A stretch of 63,514 nt of DNA, the filler included, from Intoshia linei (lineage: Eukaryota; Animalia; Orthonectida), in assembly GCA_001642005.1 (NCBI GenBank). It is 8 parts of 8 records of this genome, joined end to end, with 100 filler letters (N's around TTAATTAATTAA, not from the genome) between each part and the next. Parts side by side here need not be neighbours in the genome. Positions count along the whole stretch, not along the records: positions 7,787 to 18,319 come from LWCA01001261.1; positions 18,420 to 34,971 come from LWCA01000856.1; 6 more parts are not named here. One strand, 5' to 3'. A program made the position numbers and the translations under genes. Below the pieces are notes generated by a model. The model did no database searches. It saw only the letters and a program-made list of their open reading frames with translations, and was not told the origin of the DNA. Shown in pieces: positions 12,140 through 23,500 of this stretch (positions within the stretch are counted from its first letter, which is position 1; the number at the start of each line of letters is the position of its first letter).

Positions 12140-13285
12140 AGTTTATACATTTTAGGTCATATTTCAGATCCTACTTTTAAAAGGATACCCACTTTGAATT
12201 TTATAAAAAATGTAGATGCATGGGAAACTAGCAGTACAGAAATTTGGCCACAAATGCAAAGCGAAGATAAACTTGATGTTACAAAAATAGGTAACTTGGA
12301 TAAAACTGCTAAAGATGATAATTTGACAAAATTCGTGGAAGTGCAACCTGAGCAAATAATTACAGATTCTATCTCTGCCGTTATTAGATAGTTCATTCGA
12401 ATGGAGACGAGAATATTCACTTTTCTTAGAAAGATTTTTTCTTCTTGAAAAGTTAATGTTCGATTCCATAATTTCATCAAGTACTCCTTTACTACGTTTT
12501 AATCATGTTTTGTACCTTTTGAATCAGAAATATATACAACAAAAAATTTATCAAGCTTGTGCAATAAGATTTGATATAGAAATCCAACTTAGGGTTGTTG
12601 CCACAAAATTCCATTATGGACAAGTCATGGGATTATTTAAGCCAGGTTTATTACAAAATCAGATAATTGCTTACAGCACTGGTTCCAGTTTAGTACAAGA
12701 AAACTGGGGACCGTATGATTCAGTGCACACTCAGTTAATGTAAAACAAAGTTATATCTATAACTCAAGGTCCTCATGTTTCTATGACATTAAAGTGGCAT
12801 TATCCTTATAATTATGTCAAAACGCGAGAAGGTGTTGATGATTCTTCTAGAAATTCAAGACAGTTAAACAATTTGTACAGGTTTGCTATGTTTGATATAT
12901 AAATTGACTCAAATAGAACCAAGTGATATAGATAAACTACAACTCTTAGTATGGGGAAGGTTTAAAAATGTAAGACTGTTTGGATATTTATTCAATGAAA
13001 TTACACCTCAGAAACTTACCTTGACAGGTCCTACAGCTGTTGGTCAAATGAAAGACAATCAAGATGAAGTAAAAAATATGGATTCTTCATAGTTAAGCAC
13101 TGTTACAACAATTGTAAATACAGTAGAAGTGGACTTAGGACATATTACTAAATTTATTTCGTATTTAGCTATGATGGGTTTTTCTTATCCTAGAAATGAA
13201 GAAGGTCCTAAAAATATAGCCAATAACACTTTTACTACATCCAATTCAGTTGGACCATCAGGAGCTATAACTTTATCCTATAGAG
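12140..13285 (+). pseudogene. Endogenous picorna-like capsid polyprotein: VP2, VP4 and start of VP3
   Basis: IWPQ/MQSED (M at 12254), NLTKFVE, LFLERFFLL, jelly-roll strand AIRFDIEIQLRVVATKFHYGQVM, LKWHYPY, VWGRFKNVRLFG, AVGQ/MKD (13048) and the VP4/VP3 junction AMMGF/SYP (13171-13191; cf. dicistrovirus FGF/SKP). Several stops and frameshifts. Confidence 0.88.
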
Positions 13286-14370
13286 CAGTGGTTACCAAAT
13301 GAGGGCCTACAGAATCTGAGGGGGCCGCAGATTTAAGAAATATTTTAAAATTAAATTAGAATCGTTAACATTAATTAGATTTAGTATTTCATATTTAATT
13401 AATATTTTCTTGAAATTTGGATTAATTTAGGATTTACGAACTTTACGAGTACATTAATGAAAATACAACTGTGAAGAATTTTGTTAGAGAAGATAGCATG
13501 TTCGATGGGAATGATAATGACTTCGTTTTAGATGCATACAATGACTGTTTTGAAAAAAAATGATTTGGCTAATGATGAGTTCCACCAGCATATAAAAATG
13601 ACATGACAAAAATATAGAGCATCCACTGAAAAATGAAAAGGCGCATTTTTTTTCTGGTCGAGTTCAAAAATTTTTTTTAGATTCAAAAGCATGCTCTTCG
13701 CTGCTGATTTATGAATTTACAAAAATAAATGTATTGCCACTATTCATCTTTAATTACGGTATACAATATTGTTCATTATCGATCACGCGACAAAAGTGCT
13801 CTAAAGGAATATATTTTAGGTATTTATCAGTGTTAAAACCATTTGTTTTTAAAAAAACTTTTTATATATTATTTAAGTCTAGTCAACATAATATTTTCAG
13901 TATGTACAAAGGAAAATGATTAACCGACAAAGAAAAGAGGCAATTGATATTCTATTAAAAGAAGCGTACGGTCAGGCCGAAATTGCCATTAAAATAGAAA
14001 GAAGTAGAAAAATTATTCAAACACATATTAGAGTGTCTATCTAACAAAATTTGCCATCGATTAGGACGTCCAGTGAAGCTGTAGATGGAGTTTTTATTTA
14101 ATAGCGAAAGCTGAAGATCAATACAAAGTCACAAAAAAATAGAAAGAAATGATTTATACGCGACTCTTTATATTGCCAGCATTTACTGCAAAATAAAAAA
14201 TTTATACAAAATTAAAGATAATCTGGACCTTATTATTGGACATTGAGAAAAATTGATGATCTTGTAGAATGGTTTGTGGGGCTTACCTACAAAAAAATTA
14301 GTAAAAAGGTTTGAGATGATATTTCATTTTTCCTAAAAATTCTTTTATTCCCCCTACTGCGGCACCTGTC
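13286..14370 (+). mobile_element. Composite transposon insertion splitting the capsid region: hAT-like left end plus Tc3-like HTH remnant at ~13902-14080
   Basis: Starts CAGTGGTTACCAAA. Internal decayed MYKGK*LTDKEK/AIDILLKEAYGQAEIAIKIERSRKIIQTHI...GRPVKL. The right end and TSD are not resolved. Confidence 0.65.
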
Positions 14371-14394
14371 GGGGGTTTCAAAATATTCTTATAA

Positions 14395-14811
14395 TCAGAT
14401 TATATGATTACTCAAGTGTTTACTGAGGAGATTATTAAAGGACCGCGAACAAAATATAGAACACCCATTATAAATGCTCTTGGGTTGGAAATGACTAAAA
14501 CTGATTTATTGGTTACAAGTCAAATGAATGATGGAAATGCAGATATATTGTTGCACAACATTAGACCTAACGTAGGCATTTTATCAAATTTAAGAACCTA
14601 TTGGTATATTACCGCCTTATGCGATTTGACTATATTTTTTGTGAAACATGGAGTTACGTCATTAAGTGAACAAATAACAGCTGTTTTACCTGGAAGAAAT
14701 TCATTCGTTTTTACTTCAGCTGAAACCGTCCATATTTTGTCTAGTGATAATCACCTTTGGGTAGTTGATCTTTCTGTAATTAATTTAAGAAAAAAATTTG
14801 ATTTAGATTAA
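14395..14811 (+). pseudogene. Endogenous picorna-like capsid VP3 core fragment
   Basis: RPNVGILSNLRTYWY...LTIFFVKHGVTS...VLPG...WVVDLS resembles the VP3 pattern PT.LG..S..F.YWRG....F..VKT.FHS....F.PG...VIDL. Confidence 0.7.
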
Positions 14812-15739
14812 ACAAAAACCCAAAAACAAAAAAATTGATTTGACCCTCTGTGAAATGGTGTATCGCTCATTTTCAATTTTTATAGGTACAAATGCTCTAG
14901 GGTGCACGGTCTGAAAAACATTGATTTATAAAAATATCATAATTACCATATTATTTAGCATTAATTTAATTTTTTTAGAAATAGTTTTGTTTTAATTATT
15001 CTCAACATCTTAGATTGATGAAATATCTGATAGAATTATGAAATAATTGTGTAAAAATTTTTTTAATGTTGGGACTCGCGAAATATGTAAAATTGATTTT
15101 TTGGCTTTCACACGCCATGTGTTTGGATCACCATGACTTATGACATTAATATTCATAAAATAGGCATTGGAGTGGTACCATTATACATTGTAATAAATTT
15201 CAGTTAAATTCATTAAATTTTAAGTAAATATTGTAGTATTTTTCAAACATATTACAATATAAACTCTACTATTTTCCTACAATCGAATCTTGAAATAGTA
15301 GTTACATCTGCTTCATTTCAAAGCTATTACTTCTAGCTTCAAAGTTTCTACTACAAGATTATTTAAAGAAATATCATGTATAATACATACCTAAACAATG
15401 TTCAGTGAACATGTTATTATTACCATTAAAATTAATAAAATTATAAATCTTGAGCTTACGCTTAACCAAACGATCGATTTTGCTTCCAAAGTCTTCCATA
15501 TTGCTATCTTTCCAATCATATTGCTTAAGTTGTTTCAATTCTTGATAAAAAAGTAACATTAAAAAACAAGTAAATTTTTTTAGCCACTAAAATGTGACAA
15601 ACTAACTTATAAATAAAATTAAAAATTACTGGTCATTTTGAAGGTTAAATTGTAAATTTAAAAATATTTGAATGTTGAAATAAAATAAATGAATACAATT
15701 TAATGTTAATATTTACAAAAATGCAGATGTAAATCTAAT

Positions 15740-16237
15740 TTAAATAAAAGTGTAATTCTCTTCAATATTGACTTGATGATATCGTTTCATAAAAGTAACA
15801 AAGGTAGATATCCATCTATCGGTTTGGAGGTAATACTCATATTGTGATAAATTATTTTCGCAATTGTATATCCCTGAATCTGATAAAGTGGTGGGTTCAT
15901 CAAATTCGGTATTGTAAATCATTAACTCTTCCATAAATATAACGTTTTTGCACTTTTTGCTTTGACTTTTTTCAGTTACTACCATGTAGGTTACCCCATT
16001 TATTTTTGATAAAAATTCAAATTTATCTAAATGCCATAATTTAAAAAAAATAAAATACAAATACTTAAGATTAATCTAATACAATGTATAATATATATTA
16101 CCAGTTCCAATTTTACGAATATTGTTAGCTTTCAAGTTTCTTTCAATCTTTAATTCTGTATTTTTTTGAAGCAATCTTTGAATTCGTAATAAATATTTTG
16201 CAATCATTTTCTTGTCGGTTGTGTTTAACTTGTTCAT
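15740..16237 (-). CDS. Hypothetical spliced host gene (may continue to ~15300)
   Basis: ATG at 16237 (MNKLNTTDKKMIAKYLLRIQ...), a GT donor near 16101, then the 106-codon frame 16060-15740. No recognisable domain. Confidence 0.35.
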
Positions 16238-17106
16238 ATTTTTGAAAAATGAAAATATCTATTCAATGTTTAATTTCCGTACTTGTTTTATTGTAACTTT
16301 TGTAAAGTGTTAATTATTATCGGTATTGATAAATATGGGGGACACTCCCATTATTTGGATTAAAATTTAATAATTGTTATGATATCGAATACATTTTACA
16401 TAAATTGTGTACAAATAAATTGCTTACTACTCATCCATTCATTTATGAATTACATTTATTTAGTTCATTCAATCATTTCACAAATACTCCAGACACAATC
16501 CGATTGTTTAATTAAATATTAATTTAAAATCAAACAACATTAAAATTTAAAAACTTTCTACAAGACAAGACGTCAACACTTGAAATAATTAATTCATAAT
16601 ACAATGCATTGTATGAAATGTGAACAAGTTTTCTCATAGAAATTAAATATTTTTTATTTTTACATCGAATGGAAAACTATCTGACAAATACTTTTGAAAA
16701 TGTCAGTAAAATAAATTTTTTTGACTTGGTCAGTTATTATTTTATTAGAATAAAAGTATTAGTGTATTTCATCATTAGCGAATAGTTTCCAGCAGATTAG
16801 TTACATTTGCATATTGCTGAAATTAACATTTTAACAACAGATAATTTGAAAATATTTAATATCAAAATTGTTAAATTAGTAATTTTACTGATGTAAATTC
16901 TACGATTTAATAGACTAGTGAAAAGAATCAGAAAATTACAATTTAACCATAAATACAAATTTTAATAGTGCCTTTTCAGCTTTTTGTAAAATTTGAGGGT
17001 CTTTTCCATTAAAGGTGCAACTCTTTTGTTGGCTAAAATTTAAAAATTATAATAAAAACCTGTACGAAACTGCATCCCAAAATGAAATTCCAAAATAAAT
17101 TATTAG

Positions 17107-17352
17107 TCAATTTCTGTAAGTCATTAAATGCGAATAATAAAACAAAAATGTACCATTTCTTTTCCCGTTTTTATTGGTTAAGGAAGATGGATTTGAAAGT
17201 ATAATAGAACTGTCTTTGTTAAAAGCATATTTACGTCGCCAATTGGAAGAAGTATCCGCATTTAAATTAATTGGAGTACTTTTACTAGAAGTTAATAACG
17301 ATTTTCCATATCTGTTTTTATTACGAAATTTGGGATTGGATGAATAATCCAA
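17107..17352 (-). CDS. Possible exon of an unknown host gene
   Basis: Open S/N/K-rich frame with short-intron-like AG/GT borders nearby. No family recognised. Confidence 0.3.
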   Translation of the reverse strand: MDYSSNPKFRNKNRYGKSLLTSSKSTPINLNADTSSNWRRKYAFNKDSSIILSNPSSLTNKNGKRNGTFLFYYSHLMTYRN

Positions 17353-17689
17353 GGTAATTAATTTACTTTTATCTAAATTTAATTAAAATTATACATACTT
17401 TTCATGGTGGTTCTACAAGTTCGAGGTCACCCAAAATGAAAAATAGGCATTTAAAAAAAATCTCAAACGATGCGTAGTGTCATAGCCCAGTGATTCTCAA
17501 AAAATATTGCGCCCCTCTAACAGTATATTTATAATTTGAGACCCTACCATGTGATAACGGTGCTATCCTTCCTTATTTCTTAAAAAAATTGTCTATAAAA
17601 AATATTTAATTTAATAATTTTTCTTACATCTCACATCACCTCAGACTCTGTATGTCCCAATTTGGGAACCATTGATATATTCCTAACCA

Positions 17690-18117
17690 TTAGTTTTCGA
17701 ATGCTAAATTTGAAAAAATAAGGTCCATTGTACACAAATTTTGTTGAGACCCGAAGACGGCTCGGCTGTGTTCCACAAAATAAAAAATTTCAAAAAAGAT
17801 GCATAATTCCACCTCTCCACAACTGTGGAGGGTGTGCAGTAGGGTGTCACACCCATCAAAGAATCAAGGGCAATTAGCACTAGAAGTGTGTATTTTTAAA
17901 ATAGAAAAACTAATTAAAAATTAAATCAAGAAAATTTTATTAAGAGTAATACTTTTATTTCAACAAATAGTATTAAATAAAGTAACAAAAGTAAATATTT
18001 GAAATCCGAAAAGTATGGGATAGCATAACACCCGAAGAGTGTCAGAAACTCGTTCACAGTATGCCACGTCAAATAAATGCTCTTATCGATGCAAAGAGTG
18101 ACAGTACCAAATACTAA
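17690..18117 (+). mobile_element. Internally deleted Tc1-like transposase remnant
   Basis: C-terminus KVWDSITPEECQKLVHSMPRQINALIDAKSDSTKY* (Tc1 W..I....C..LV.SMPRR..AVI.AKGG.TKY). Upstream RCIIPPLHNCGG resembles PTVKHGGG. Confidence 0.8.
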
Positions 18118-20526
18118 CTATGATTTGTATGTATCATAATTAGGGCGATTATTTTTTTAACTAGGACAAATTTTGATATGTTCATACATCTAAAATTATT
18201 ATCATTGTGATTATAATTTTAGGTGTATTAATGGCTAATTAAAATTTGATTAAGTTAATAGCGTTAGAAAGTTAAAATAATATTTTCAAAAGTTAAATTT
18301 TATTTTTAAAAGTTAAATTNNNNNNNNNNNNNNNNNNNNNNNNNNNNNNNNNNNNNNNNNNNNTTAATTAATTAANNNNNNNNNNNNNNNNNNNNNNNNN
18401 NNNNNNNNNNNNNNNNNNNGTTTTCTGTAAAAAAGGATTGTAAGTATAAAAACGTAAAAAATACCTACAAGTTGGATTTAGAGACACTTAATTGATGTCG
18501 TTGTCTCGGCCTTATTTTGTTCATTCTATTTTGTTCTATTCACTTAATTTGTTTTTTTAATAAACTTATTTATACCACTCTACTTTTACTGTTTTACAAT
18601 ATTCATTTTGCACTTAAACTTTATCTTCCACCGCCTAATTCATTTTTACACCGTATACTAATCTATACAATTCATTTCTTTATTTTGCTAAACATTGCAC
18701 TGACTTACATTTAGCACTTAATTTTTATTTTTCGTACACTTGAGGCTCTTATGGGTATATTATAATGTAACGAAGGTGATATTTTGTTACTCTTGCTGTA
18801 GGTCATATAGCTCTGTTCTTTCCCAACGTGCTTTCTTTAAAATAAAAAAAAATACGAAAATTGGCTAAAAAATTATAAAAAAGTGGTTTTTGCCTAATAA
18901 CTTTTTGTTGTACCCCAAGAGAAAAAAGTTCTATTAGGACAGATACAAAGTTGACTATTCCGCTCATTATGAGCTCAAAATCGACTATCTACGATGAGCG
19001 TATCAAAAGTTATAGCGATATTGTCAATTTTCGGCCCCGCTGCCACCTCTAAATTTTTGGTTTTGGTGTATATTTAGACTATTTGTCATGATATGTGAAC
19101 TACCATTTTTGTTTGCTGTGAAATCACTCCACCCTACTAAATATATATCCAAACGTTACTATATTTATGATAATAGATTGGATTCTACCATATTTGATAA
19201 CATTTAGACGGGAATCATCACCTGCAACATTACAAGTCTCACTTAGAGGTGAAATCAAGTTTATAATTCCATTTCAAATAAATGGGACTAATTACCCCGA
19301 TATGGAGAAAACTTGATACATTTATGGATTTTGATAGGTCGAAAATGTATTTTAGAAAAAAGCCAGTTGTAATAACACATTAGAATGAATGCTTAACCTT
19401 ACCATGAGATTAAACTTTAAAACAAAGAACAAAATTTAGTCTTAAATGTAAATTAATTAATAAAAATTAAATGTATATTTGATTTCAAAGTTTTCATTAT
19501 AATTCATATACAGCAGGGTCGGCAACCTTTTGAATCTCGTGGGTCACTTTTTTACATCAAAAAATTATACAGACCCTGTTTTTGAGAATCTACACATAAT
19601 ACATTTCAAATAAAATTAATTTACATATTTACTTAAAGGACAACCAAAATTATTCTGGGGCCACTAAGTAGTTGTAATTGTCGACTCCTCATGTACATTG
19701 TACATAAGTTAATTTACTTATTATTAATAAGTAATGTATTTATAAACAATATTATTATTATATTCTTAACAATATTTTTATAAATAGATATATACAAACA
19801 GGTGCTTGAAAATCCAGAAGTAGACTATATAAATTTTTTTAAAATGACGATTAAATAAAACAAATAAATAAAAAAACATAAATCAAATCAAAATTCTGTA
19901 TAAATATGAATAATTAAATATTCATGAAGTTTTCAAATAGCTAGTAGAATAAACTTGTATTCGAGATATTGTTAAATGTAATGGATTTAAAATCGAGAAA
20001 TCTCTATTTTGTAAAATGAGTACTAGAGTACTATTCATTATTTTGAATAATGAAAACTAATGACTAGAATTTAAATTTTTTTTAATCTAACAAATTTGAT
20101 CAATTTATATGTATATTATACATTGTATAAATTATAAAATTCTTTACCCGTTGTCCATTTTAATTAACATACTTTTAATATCTTTCTTTTTAGATTCTGT
20201 GAAGTTATTTTTAATAGAAATTTGATAATTTTGTAAGGAATTATCAAGTCGAGATCTAGTAATGAACCAGTAAATATTCGTTATCTTATAAAATAATACG
20301 TTTTCAAGTTTAATTTTGTTGGAAAAATATAAGATATGATTTGCAACATTTTTCATCAAAAACATCATTTTTGTCAAATAAAACATTATAACTCATTATA
20401 ACACTGCGATGTATCTTATTGGTTAATTTTTGCTACATTAGTTGAGAAAAGATAAAATTAATGGTAGAAACACTAAATCTCAAATTTTCTTAAATAAAAC
20501 ATTAAAAACTTTAATAAATCTATTAA

Positions 20527-23500
20527 CTAATTCCAACTATTTTTTAACAATTTGGCTTGGTAATAATATCGTATTAATAAAACTCCACAAACTAGTATAC
20601 CCATAACTAGAGAAATTGTAAAGTAGTTAAAATCTTCACCCAGCGCATCAAATAATTGAGAAGGGTTAATTGGTTTCAGAAAAGTATCTAAAATTTTTTT
20701 AAAAATTTTTATTTTTATATGAACCCAATCCATAAGCAAAAATATAACTTGTCGATTCAAATAAACTTGGGAAAATTAAAATATCTGTTATCCCAAATAT
20801 AATGGAATCATTATTAAAACAATTGTAATCGTTTAATTGAATTTTTGGTTTGTAGTGGATAGCTCCATGTTTTCTAAAGTTTTAATATTATAAAGAATAT
20901 TAATAATATAATACATACACAATGGTTATAAATTAATTAAAAAATTACAAATCATCTTCGGTGGGATACAGAGTACTATTAGCATTTAAAATATCTTTGG
21001 GAATTTGGTAAATTTTACCAGATTTGGACATAACTAAAAATATTAAATTTAAAATGATACGAAGTACTGTATATCAGTGTTATCAAATATGTGCGAAGAT
21101 GATAAAAAGTAGGATATTTAAATTTTTTTAAATAAAGACAAGCAGTTTCTAGTTAATTCATTACTAATATATATAATTATCAGTCATAACATCAGATTAT
21201 AATCTAATAGAGACCGGGTTAACCCATTAAATGCTGGTACCCTTATTCTACCGTATTTCATATTTCATTGATTATAAAATTAATCCGTAAAGTAAAATTA
21301 TATTACACATAATCATTTTCGATGTTAAGCCCATTCTCGTTTTCGTTATGTAGATTTTATCAATATGTTCCGATAAAACATAAATTTTAGTAAAATGAAG
21401 AACCGGAACATAATCAAACGAGCTAAAGTGATCGCCCTGATGTATATGATTTGAATCCGCCGAATTCCAATCTTCGTATAAATCTGTAATGCACAAATGC
21501 TGGACCTCTTTTATTGTATCATAAATAGTATACTAAAATAAACTAATAAATATAAAATCAAATAAAAATGTACATGTACCAAATTTCAAGCGGGGTTTGT
21601 TAGGATTTTAAAGATACATAATTTATATTGATACATCAAAATAAAATAAAATGGTGGCATAATTATTTAGATACTGTCCTGTAATATTTACCCTATCAAA
21701 GAAAAGAAATAGAAGATAATTGATTGATAGAATATAGATGGATAATATCCAATGGATATACAATAATATATATAAAATACGGCACTTACAGGGCCATGAT
21801 ATGTTAGAGGAACCACATTAAAGCTATACAACTTTTTTCAATATAATCTATATATTTTTCAAAAAGACAACAGCCTATCTAACACTTAATGTTTTCAATT
21901 GGCCTTTAGAGTCGTTATTAATTTGTTGATAAAATCGAGAATGTCATTATAAATAGCCATCAGACGTGATTTAGAAATCTAGATAGAAAAACGAAATGAA
22001 CGAACTAATCAGTTAAGTCAGAACTTAGAACTTCTTTGTTAAAATAGAAAGTTGGTTCATAGACGAAACGTTATAATCGTGGTTGTTTCGAGAAAGATAA
22101 AGAAAGTTAAATAAGTTGATTTTATTTGTTTTTTAATTTTTTAAATAAGCGGAAATTTATTAATTGAGATATGTCTGGATAAATTAAAAACAACATTTAA
22201 ATAAAATATAGAAATTACTATGATAAAATTATCTACAACCAGGCAATCAGTCAAATACACAGAATATCCATTATGTTGAGATTGGATAATAATTTTACCG
22301 GAGACTGCATCAACCACATTGACCACGACGGCTTCATTTTCAATTTCATTTATTGAAACAATAAGATTCTGATTCACATACTTCATAGTCAAACTTCGGT
22401 CATAATTGATAATTGACCGTGAATCTATAGCGTCGCTTTTTGCTGAAAATATTTTGTAAATTTTTTCATTTTCTTCAAATTTTATGGACCATGTTTCAAC
22501 CAATTGTAAATTTTTCTAAGTGGTAATTACAAATAAATAATAAAATCAAAAATAGTAATAATAATTTTAAATTTTCTTGTTTACCTATGCGAAATATTTT
22601 TCCACATTATATACATTTGTATAATTTAAGGGAAATTTTTTTCGCACAATTATTACCTATTTTGAAGATACCATAAAATGTTAAAAATATTCCCTTAAAA
22701 ACCCTACAAAATTTTGACAAAAAAAATAATATTATGATTAATTAACAAAATCGATGATTATGTCGCTCAAATGAATGTTGGCCACAATAAAAATTAAATA
22801 TGTAAAGTAAAACTTTTAAACTATAACATATTTTATTATACATACCTACATACCTTTTTATTATTAATTGAAACACCAGTAACAATTTTGTATCCAGAAA
22901 TAATTCCTAAATCTTTGATGGCAATAAAAGTGTACAAAGATTTTTTTGGCAACACGTCACAAGAAGAATATACTTTTTTGTTTATATCAATATATGCAAA
23001 AGGTAAAAATTTTGCATCGTAAAAGTTTAACGGTACAATTTGAACGATTTGTTTGTCACTTTGATAAGTTTTAGTAGAAATTATTTTAAAATCATTCATT
23101 GAAATTGTAAATGATTGTATCTGTGATTTCTAAATTTTAACATTAATAATATAAACGCATCATGGCATATTATTAAAAATTGGCTTAGTATAATAATATT
23201 TATTAATAATATGATTTTGATGTACTAAAATTTCCCATTTTCATCAAATAAAATGTCTAATTTAGGTAAATTATTGATTATATTTGACATTAAAGAAATT
23301 ATTCTGTAATGTTTTAGATCATGCGTTCTTAACATCTTGAAAAATAATGCATTTTGAATTATAAATAAATGCCTCTTGAATTATACTACATCAAATAGAA
23401 AAGTTGAACATATTTATAATTGAAAAATAATGATTAAATCACCGTTTAAATAATACAGTATTCTCTCTATAACTCGCCAATTCTCTATTTCGCCGTATGA

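Noticed and set aside
12157-12480. Minus-strand ORFs 12157-12480 and 12164-12469 (also 7456-7653, 10190-10435, 52417-52662, 53802-54089, 49637-49840)
   Set aside because: They are antisense shadows of coding or coding-like sequence on the opposite strand, with no motifs of their own.
8100-14811. An intact or domesticated viral gene, or a contaminating live virus genome
   Set aside because: There are multiple stops and frameshifts, mutated catalytic motifs, and host TEs inserted within the cluster.
19170-19400. Slightly GC-elevated patch, possibly an exon or another foreign fragment
   Set aside because: It is short, interrupted by stops and has no recognisable motif.
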